NCBI GenBank assembly: GCA_025839675.1
Contig: CP104013.1
Coordinates: 5,490,001 to 5,522,000 of the forward strand
DNA from: Candidatus Lokiarchaeum ossiferum
Lineage (GTDB): Archaea > Asgardarchaeota > Lokiarchaeia > Sigyniarchaeales > Promethearchaeaceae
Direction of reading: 5' to 3'
Length of the DNA: 32,000 nucleotides
Part shown: positions 25,661 through 32,000 of the stretch, piece by piece
How positions within the stretch are numbered: the stretch's first letter is position 1
How the letters are laid out: each line of letters starts with the position of its first letter
Made by a program: the position numbers and the translations under genes
Notes under the pieces: generated by a model
Databases searched by the model: none
What the model was told of the DNA's origin: nothing
The model's input: the letters and a program-made list of their open reading frames with translations, nothing else

Positions 25661-28600
25661 ATGTCAATCAAGTTTAAATACACTTTATCTCAAGCGCTTC
25701 AAGCCATTCGACGTTCTCCTCTACTTATTATTGGTTTAGCTTCAATATTGGCAATGATAAGTGTTATGAATATTTATGTATACAATGCAAGAAATTACCA
25801 AATTGAAAATTTTGAATCTAGCTATTTTGAAATAGGAATTTACAACTCTACTGAGGATGCCTCCCATATTGCTTTCAATCATGATATTTTTGGAAGTAAT
25901 TTTATTCAAATCGATCAACAGATTAAATCTAGTTTTTCGATTGAATCCAGCAATCCGCTTTATTATTTAACCAATGATAATTTACAATTAGCCATCAACA
26001 AAAGCGGAAATTTAGACAGATCGGATGATTTAGCATTAATGTTCTCAGATATCAATTTTTATAATTCAGATCATTTTGATCGATATTTTGAACTTTATGA
26101 TGGAAGAAGACCGCAAAATACATCAGAATATATTATTGACATTGTTTCAGCCGTAAAACTTGGGTTTCATGAAAGTACGGAAGATTACTTGCCATTTGCT
26201 TTTCTAGATAAACAAAATGCTTCGATAATTGTAGATACATTGAATATAAATCAAACCAATGGAAAAATTGTTGGTATTTTTATACCTAAACAAACCTTGG
26301 TAAAATTTTTTGACTACTCCCCTGCAAAGTTGACATATTCTCAAGATTATAGTTCTGTTGACTCATTTCAACATGCTACTCTCCAAGAATGGAAAAATGC
26401 CATCATTATGGGTCTGATCGATTTTGATTTCAATTATAACAATCCAGTAATAACCCAACTTAATTCATCATATAACAATTTACCTATTAATTCTACGCAA
26501 TCTTGGGTGTGTGTGAGTGCAATGGGCTACCATTATGACCGGAGTACAATCAATATTAATAGCATTTCCCGAGAAGAAAAAGTTTTTCATGATAAATGGT
26601 TTCAATTGTATAATTTGTTTGAACATGATACAAAAATCTTTACGACAAGTATGTATGAGCTATTTTATGATTCATTAGAAAATGCACGCAATTTATATGT
26701 TTATCAGATAATGAATATTCCGTTGTTGATTTGTGCGGTGCTAATAGGGCAGATCCTAGTTAAGGCTTCCTTTTCCTCCCGCTTAATTTCTTACAACCAT
26801 GCTTTAATAAAAGGATATCCCCGAAAAATGATCAATAATCAATTAATCTGGGAAATCATCTGTATGGGTACAATTGTCGGGATTTTAAGTGTTGTATTTA
26901 GCTGGATAATTTACAGACCGGTTCAAAATACTTTGAATCCACTCATCGGATCAAGTACATTTACAAGTTTTGGAAATGATACTGGATATTATGAAAATGT
27001 TCGTTTATTCGCCCCAGAAGCATATTTGAAGTTTTCTTTAACTGTTGGTTTGGTTCTTGGAATCATAGCTATAGGAATTCTACTCTGCGCGGTGATTTAT
27101 GCAAAACTAATTTATCATTTCAATCAAATGAAACGGTATGAAATCGCTGATTCCTTGGAACAATTTGAATTGAATTCTCTATTAAGTGAAAACTTGTTAA
27201 TTTCTCAAAACAAAAAAAAGAAGAAGAAGCAAAACAAGGCTGAGAAAAAACTCCAAGAAAAGTCTAACGATTCCCCGAAAATTGAAGAAAATAAATATAA
27301 ATCTGTTGATTATGAATATTCTAAAGGAATCAAAAAATTTGGATTAGTTGTATTTTTAATTGGTTGGGTTCCAATATTATTAATTCTTTTTATTCAGCTG
27401 GGATATTATTCTGAAATTGATCGGATTGCATATGCGGCTCAAAAAATGAATGAATATAATAAGTATTTTGTATTTCCCGCTTTTTTCAGTCCATTTGTTA
27501 TAATTTATGGCATAGTTCGATGGCTTTTATTTGAAAAACCTCTCTTTTATGCGAATATTTGTGAAAAATTCACCGGGTTGTTCCTAGGTGAAAAAGGGGT
27601 GCTAAATGCACTTGAAACACTGCGATTTAAAAATCTTAAAAAAATATCTCTAATTTTAGCTGTGATTTCTGGATCTTTTATATTTTGTAATTTAGCATTG
27701 AATTCTTCAATGATCTCAAAACCCACACTACAAAATGTCATAATTGGAGGGGATTTTAATATTCAAGCTACTAACACCCGGAACTATATGGAAGAAGGAA
27801 ATCAAACAATCCTTTTTGATGATTTGATCACCATTGAAAAAATAATTTCGAATCAATCCTATTATTCTGATGATTACATGGATGTGGCTACCAATTCTCT
27901 GATATCTTTAAGTGATATTAGCTCCGCTAATTATGGATTTGATACTATTGTTTTGACTAATTTTTCCAAGTATTGTCATGTCGCTCAATCTCGGCAAGTT
28001 CAGTCAATTATTCCAAATTTATATTCCAAATTACAGAAAACTCTTCTGTATAATGATCAAAATTCGGAATACATTGGAGTATTAGTTACTGATAGATTTT
28101 TAAATTATTATCAATATGAAGTTGGTGCTATTTTCACAATAAACCCAGAGTTGTTTCCATTTAGCGAAAATTTTGCTTCGCAAGAATTGATCTCGCTAAA
28201 AATTATTGATTCCATAGAAACTATCCCTGGTCTATTAAGGGGTTATTCTTATGATTATCAAATTTTGGCTGATTTTTCCAATTTTGTGTCCATTGGGGAA
28301 GAATTAACTTACGATTCATTGAATTTTATTGGAACCCTAAATTCTACGAATACGGATAGTTATAGGGAAATCATATTCCAAGATGTTTGTCCCATGGAAG
28401 AAGTTGCATTCCGCTATTCTGATCCTCTTTATTTAAATGTTGCTACTGAAGTTGATGATGGAACTACACGTATCTTTTCTCCTAAAGGTGATACAAAAGA
28501 AATATATCTTCTCTATATCGAATCGGCAATATTACTTATTTTTCTAGTAATTAGTATTGTAATTTTGATACTGCAATATCGTAAAGAAAATCGAGGTTAT

Positions 28601-28921
28601 CATGGTTTATTGCTGGTTCAAGGATTCGGAAAAAAGAACCTATCAATGCTTGTTATTGCACAGCTGATATTTGTTATTTTTTCCACGCTCTTTATAGGTT
28701 TACTTGTCGGTTTTTCTGCAGGTGGAATGTGGACTGTAAGTTACTTAAGGTTAGAGTCATTTAATGGTGTTTCCAATCTCAATTTACCAATAGTTTTCAA
28801 TTTAAAAGAATTTTTGTTTGTAATTGGGGTTCTTTTAAGCGGTACTTTCCTTTTTATGGGTGTTTTACTTTTTACAGATCGGAAGAAGGAATATGCACAA
28901 TATTTATCTCATGAAGAATAG
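25661..28921 (+). CDS. ABC transporter permease, fused double FtsX/MacB-type (1086 aa) with two large ectodomains and a Lys-rich central linker
   Basis: N-terminal LSQALQAIRRSPLLIIGLASILAMISVMNIYV. FtsX-like segments are NHALIKGYPRKMINNQLIWEIICMGTIVGILSVVFSW and HGLLLVQGFGKKNLSMLVIAQLIFVIFSTLFIGLLVGF. The linker is SQNKKKKKKQNKAEKKLQEKSND. Confidence 0.9.
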   Translation: MSIKFKYTLSQALQAIRRSPLLIIGLASILAMISVMNIYVYNARNYQIENFESSYFEIGIYNSTEDASHIAFNHDIFGSNFIQIDQQIKSSFSIESSNPLYYLTNDNLQLAINKSGNLDRSDDLALMFSDINFYNSDHFDRYFELYDGRRPQNTSEYIIDIVSAVKLGFHESTEDYLPFAFLDKQNASIIVDTLNINQTNGKIVGIFIPKQTLVKFFDYSPAKLTYSQDYSSVDSFQHATLQEWKNAIIMGLIDFDFNYNNPVITQLNSSYNNLPINSTQSWVCVSAMGYHYDRSTININSISREEKVFHDKWFQLYNLFEHDTKIFTTSMYELFYDSLENARNLYVYQIMNIPLLICAVLIGQILVKASFSSRLISYNHALIKGYPRKMINNQLIWEIICMGTIVGILSVVFSWIIYRPVQNTLNPLIGSSTFTSFGNDTGYYENVRLFAPEAYLKFSLTVGLVLGIIAIGILLCAVIYAKLIYHFNQMKRYEIADSLEQFELNSLLSENLLISQNKKKKKKQNKAEKKLQEKSNDSPKIEENKYKSVDYEYSKGIKKFGLVVFLIGWVPILLILFIQLGYYSEIDRIAYAAQKMNEYNKYFVFPAFFSPFVIIYGIVRWLLFEKPLFYANICEKFTGLFLGEKGVLNALETLRFKNLKKISLILAVISGSFIFCNLALNSSMISKPTLQNVIIGGDFNIQATNTRNYMEEGNQTILFDDLITIEKIISNQSYYSDDYMDVATNSLISLSDISSANYGFDTIVLTNFSKYCHVAQSRQVQSIIPNLYSKLQKTLLYNDQNSEYIGVLVTDRFLNYYQYEVGAIFTINPELFPFSENFASQELISLKIIDSIETIPGLLRGYSYDYQILADFSNFVSIGEELTYDSLNFIGTLNSTNTDSYREIIFQDVCPMEEVAFRYSDPLYLNVATEVDDGTTRIFSPKGDTKEIYLLYIESAILLIFLVISIVILILQYRKENRGYHGLLLVQGFGKKNLSMLVIAQLIFVIFSTLFIGLLVGFSAGGMWTVSYLRLESFNGVSNLNLPIVFNLKEFLFVIGVLLSGTFLFMGVLLFTDRKKEYAQYLSHEE

Positions 28922-28984
28922 TTAACATTTCATGAAATTTTTTCATTTTATCTCTAATTTTTCTTTGAACTCGATGGATGTCCA

Positions 28985-29033
28985 TTCAAATAAGATGAGA
29001 AAAAAAGAGTTCCTTTTGAAAAACTGAAAATCT
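28985..29033. repeat. Downstream copy of the 49-bp direct-repeat core; contains the probable SUI1 oligo-T terminator
   Basis: TTCAAATAAGATGAGAAAAAAAGAGTTCCTTTTGAAAAACTGAAAATCT is 46/49 identical to 20969-21017. The A7 at 29000-29006 is a T7 on the SUI1 strand, 39-45 nt past the stop codon. Confidence 0.9.
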
Positions 29034-29044
29034 ATAATGAGGAT

Positions 29045-29365
29045 TTAGATGATCTCGATGTTTTCTTCTGAATAACCGATATTAAGAAGGAATTTTAGCA
29101 ATTTTTGCCGATGGTCACCTTGGACTTCAATGGTGTGCCCTTTTACGGTTCCACCCGATGCACAATAACCTTTGGCTTTTTTAGCTATTTTTTTGAGATT
29201 CGCACCACCGAAATTAGCGAAGTTAATAACGCTCATGGCCTTACCCCATTTTCTTTTATCCACATAGATTGTGATTTTCTGCTCTTCTTGCGCAAGCGAT
29301 TCGCATACGCACAGTTCTGTTGGTAAACTGCATTTTGGACAAATTCCAATTAACGATTTTGGCAT
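29045..29365 (-). CDS. sui1: Translation initiation factor aIF1 / SUI1 with N-terminal zinc ribbon
   Basis: 106 aa. ICPKCSLPTELCVCESLAQEEQKITIYVDKRKWGKAMSVI..CASGGTVKGHTIEVQGDHRQKLLKFL closely follows the archaeal SUI1 pattern (CPxCGLPxELCxCE..KRRFGK..GGTVK..IELQGDHR). A TATA-like CTATAAAAGG lies about 30 nt upstream of the ATG, suggesting a short or absent leader. Confidence 0.9.
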   Translation of the reverse strand: MPKSLIGICPKCSLPTELCVCESLAQEEQKITIYVDKRKWGKAMSVINFANFGGANLKKIAKKAKGYCASGGTVKGHTIEVQGDHRQKLLKFLLNIGYSEENIEII

Positions 29366-29504
29366 TATAAAATATTAGGTTTTTATCCCTTTTATAGTAT
29401 CGTGCAATATTTGATGCTTATATGTAAAGAAATACATTGGGATGAAAAAAACGCATTTACTTAACAAGAAAATTTTAAAACTTAACTTTAAAAATCTTAT
29501 TCAA

Positions 29505-31922
29505 TTATTTCCATACTTCAGCAATTTTAGTTAGAATTCCCAATTCTTTAGGATTGATAATATGTGGATCAATAATTATCATGAGAATTCCATTATTTAT
29601 TGTGGCTTGGTCACTTAGCGATTCCAAGAGTTTGCATACCATGGAAAACGGATGGTAGTTCATCAAGTACTCAAGACCTTCAAATAGGACGAGATTGATC
29701 TTATCATTCGGGTGAACGGACAATTGTTGATCTTTGAATGTGGTAGCTCTTATCTGAAGGACTTTTTTAGTCATGTAAAAAATAAGCTCTGGTTTGGGAG
29801 GAAGGAATAGTTGAGTTTCATCTATAATACTTGTATTCATCCATAAAATTCGCCCACAAGATATTCCAAATTTCGATTTGAGATGATTGGGGGCTTTTCG
29901 ACTAATGATTACTTTATTGAAGAATTCATTAGAAATTTGGGAGAAAATGTGCATAGGTTTTGAAATATCATTTTTTAAGAAAAGATATGTCTTTCCAGAA
30001 TCCAGTTTTTTGTTAATATCAGCGGATTGGTGTTTTCTCACCTGAGAAAGAATTTTCTTACGTTGAATTAAAACAGTCGAACCTACAATTCCTATAAGGG
30101 ATCCCCATAAATAATTGAATTGCGATCGATTTTCAATTAATGCTCCTGAATCGGGAGAATTATCTGATATTGTTGTGTTTAATTGAGTTTCTGTTGAGGT
30201 TGTCATAGTCGAGTGAGAATCTGTAATTGATGAAACGAAGCCATCTTCAATTACGAAACTTCCCATTGTTGGAGGACTCATATTTCCTCCTTCATCAACT
30301 TGATATAACCAGAAGTAAAATTGCCCTTCAATTAGACCAGTAATGGAATAATGACTATTGTTTCCATCCAGATTGAGGATGGTAATATTGAATAATAGGC
30401 TCTCTGTATTTGCCAAATTTCTATCTGTGGAGATAATTAGAAGGTAATGATGTATTCCTCCAAGATCATAACCATCTTCCCAGTCGAATTCAATGATATT
30501 ACCTGGTTGGCCTACAATGTTCATTGATAATTCTGGTGAAGGTGGGGGAGTAGAATCAACTAGTTTCAGTTGGTTATTATAACTTCTCCATGAAAAATCG
30601 ATATATTGGACAAAAATAGTAAAATCTGAAGTGCCTATTTTAATTGGGATAACATCAAACCATTGCCATAACCATTCTTGTTCCGTAGATTCAAGGGAAT
30701 AGTTTTGGTTTTCAAATTGAATCTTCAATTGGAGGACTGTTGATAGTTCCGCTGGAATAATGGTAATATTTTGCAGATTTTCAATCTCCTGGTCTAAATT
30801 AGAGATTTGGATTCCATAATTTATGGGTGGATGTGTTTCCTCATCACCAAATTCATATGATAATATATAGGAATTGTTACTTGGAATGGCGAAATTGTCA
30901 AAAACGGATTCAGATTCACCGTTACAAAATATTCCAATGATTCCGGATTCTAAAATGTATGTATTGGTGATATTGAGTTGAAGAATTGAATCGAGAAATA
31001 TTTCTATACGTTCTTCTTGGTACTTGATTGCGAGATTATACCAGACATTTGATAATAATTCCGATTCCGGTTTTCCATTTGATGAAACAAATTCAATTCC
31101 ACTGGAAGTTCCTTTACCTATGGCAGTGTGAAAATTCCACAAACCTAAGCCTGCTATCAAAAATTTATTTTTATTTATTCCTCGAAAAATGATTCCAACC
31201 TCAAAATCATCCCCCCTACTAAGAATATCCAACTGAATTTGTCCATTTTGCGAAGAATAATCTTGATAATAGGATATTCGTTCATTTTGATATGTGTCTA
31301 AGTTTGCGGGATTTTCATGATATTGTTGTTCTAGCACATACCAGTTTTCTTCTATGCCGGTCCAGTCCTCAACCACTCCATCTGGTTGACTAAAATCATC
31401 ATAAACCTCTGAATCCATCTCCAATAATTGGGGAAATGTCATAGCATGTGGATTTCCATAATAAAGATAATGATTTTGAACGGGATTTTCTTCTTCAATT
31501 GTGGTTTCAATTTGAAAAGCAATAACAGTCTTCGTTGTATTAAATGCTGTCTGATTTTTATACTCCAAATTATGGTAATATGAATTCTCGGCATCAAACC
31601 AAATGATACGTAGATCTAATCCCTTGAAATTCATTTTTCTATCTGCAATTAATTGTTTAGTATTCAACTCGATTTGAATCAATGATTTGTTTGGAATTTG
31701 AAAGGAATTGGGATTATCTAAATTTAGTGCTTGTCGATAATTGAATGAGTAATTCCACCATGCTGTAGGTATATTTGATGCTATTGGAGAAGATGGTTGT
31801 GGTATATAAGAAGAAGTATTTATCGATTCCGCTGAATTATTTTGGATAAATGGAGAAACCATACTTAGAAGCACACATGGTGCTAAAAGTAAATACACTA
31901 GTTTGAATCGCTGAAAATCCAT
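29505..31922 (-). CDS. Receptor-like single-pass membrane protein: signal peptide, DUF2341-like, LamG/concanavalin-like and Fn3-like ectodomain, TM helix, cytoplasmic DUF835 domain
   Basis: The likely start is the ATG at 31922 (MDFQRFKLVYLLLAPCVLLSMVSPF, signal-like). The track ORF is extended to the window edge by a TTG. WWNYSFNYRQALNLDNP..LDLRIIWFD is DUF2341-like. EFDWEDGYDLGGIHHYLL..EGQFYFWLYQVDEGGNMS is Fn3-like. An S/T-rich stalk and the TM helix YLWGSLIGIVGSTVLI follow. The C-terminal VIISRKAPNHL..ILWMN..LVLFEGLEYLMNYHPFSMVCKLLESLSD..ILMIIIDPHIINPKELGIL matches the DUF835 pattern. Confidence 0.8.
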   Translation of the reverse strand: MDFQRFKLVYLLLAPCVLLSMVSPFIQNNSAESINTSSYIPQPSSPIASNIPTAWWNYSFNYRQALNLDNPNSFQIPNKSLIQIELNTKQLIADRKMNFKGLDLRIIWFDAENSYYHNLEYKNQTAFNTTKTVIAFQIETTIEEENPVQNHYLYYGNPHAMTFPQLLEMDSEVYDDFSQPDGVVEDWTGIEENWYVLEQQYHENPANLDTYQNERISYYQDYSSQNGQIQLDILSRGDDFEVGIIFRGINKNKFLIAGLGLWNFHTAIGKGTSSGIEFVSSNGKPESELLSNVWYNLAIKYQEERIEIFLDSILQLNITNTYILESGIIGIFCNGESESVFDNFAIPSNNSYILSYEFGDEETHPPINYGIQISNLDQEIENLQNITIIPAELSTVLQLKIQFENQNYSLESTEQEWLWQWFDVIPIKIGTSDFTIFVQYIDFSWRSYNNQLKLVDSTPPPSPELSMNIVGQPGNIIEFDWEDGYDLGGIHHYLLIISTDRNLANTESLLFNITILNLDGNNSHYSITGLIEGQFYFWLYQVDEGGNMSPPTMGSFVIEDGFVSSITDSHSTMTTSTETQLNTTISDNSPDSGALIENRSQFNYLWGSLIGIVGSTVLIQRKKILSQVRKHQSADINKKLDSGKTYLFLKNDISKPMHIFSQISNEFFNKVIISRKAPNHLKSKFGISCGRILWMNTSIIDETQLFLPPKPELIFYMTKKVLQIRATTFKDQQLSVHPNDKINLVLFEGLEYLMNYHPFSMVCKLLESLSDQATINNGILMIIIDPHIINPKELGILTKIAEVWK

Positions 31923-32000
31923 ATCGACATTCTCCAATGAAATTAATAATCCGATAGTGGGCAGCTTAGGGAGATTTTCTCTCTTTATAGGACATATCAA

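Larger units (their letters stand above)
20969..29033. mobile_element. Candidate ~8-kb inserted module (permease-ATPase-permease) bounded by SUI1-derived direct repeats; no recombinase gene inside
   Basis: Direct repeats at both ends comprise the 49-bp core plus SUI1 3' coding homology. The intact SUI1 3' end is at one junction and the decayed copy at the other. The interior holds only three ABC genes. Mobility is inferred, not demonstrated. Confidence 0.4.

Noticed and set aside
21247-28921. Search for an integrase, transposase or other recombinase inside the repeat-bounded module
   Set aside because: Only three long ABC genes fill the interval, with 30-43-nt gaps, and no catalytic recombinase motif or split integrase halves were seen. 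The element is therefore reported only as a candidate insertion, not as a confirmed mobile element.
28927-28938. Perfect 12-bp palindrome ATTTCATGAAAT just after the permease 2 stop, with an adjacent GTTAAC
   Set aside because: It is short and AT-rich, so it is expected by chance at this base composition, and no second copy or partner site was seen.
31923-32000. N-terminal extension (MICPIKRENLPKLPTIGLLISLENVD) of the DUF835 receptor ORF up to the window edge
   Set aside because: The first codon is a TTG imposed by the window boundary. The ATG at 31922 is followed by a textbook signal peptide, so I start the gene there. A longer upstream start cannot be fully excluded without the adjoining sequence.
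1-32000. Scan for CRISPR arrays, tRNA/rRNA genes, C/D-box sRNAs and GC-rich structured RNA islands
   Set aside because: No regularly spaced repeats were found, and no GC-rich intergenic islands that would mark tRNA or rRNA in an AT-rich archaeon. No convincing RUGAUGA...CUGA box pairs occur outside coding sequence; the ATGATGA at 24559 is the ATPase start.

Overview
AT-rich (about one-third GC by eye), gene-dense archaeal chromosome segment. Archaeal markers are an aIF1/SUI1 with an N-terminal zinc ribbon, a DUF835 domain, a PGF-CTERM-like anchor, oligo-T terminators and GGTGA-type ribosome-binding sites. I support 19 intact protein genes, 2 pseudogenes and a few repeats and regulatory sites; I saw no rRNA, tRNA or CRISPR. 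The content is mostly cell-envelope: a 1228-aa Trp-rich surface glycoprotein, a receptor-like DUF2341/LamG/Fn3 ectodomain fused to DUF835, a membrane-anchored GH8 glycosidase, a YdbS/YdbT-like PH-domain membrane pair, an MFS transporter, and two MacB/FtsX-type ABC loci with 960-1090-aa double-FtsX permeases and ATPases carrying C-terminal zinc ribbons. Housekeeping genes are an OTCase-family gene (partial), a COG2403 P-loop protein, a divergent DRG/TGS GTPase, an ArsR-like regulator, aIF1/SUI1 and a HAD hydrolase broken by one in-frame TAA. The most unusual structure is that the 8-kb permease-ATPase-permease locus (21247-28921) is bracketed by direct repeats at a constant 8016-bp offset. Each repeat has a 49-bp near-identical core plus SUI1 3' coding sequence, and the upstream copy is a decayed SUI1 fragment. 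This looks like att-type junctions of an insertion at the 3' end of SUI1, but no recombinase gene lies inside. All functional calls come from motif recognition by eye, not database searches.
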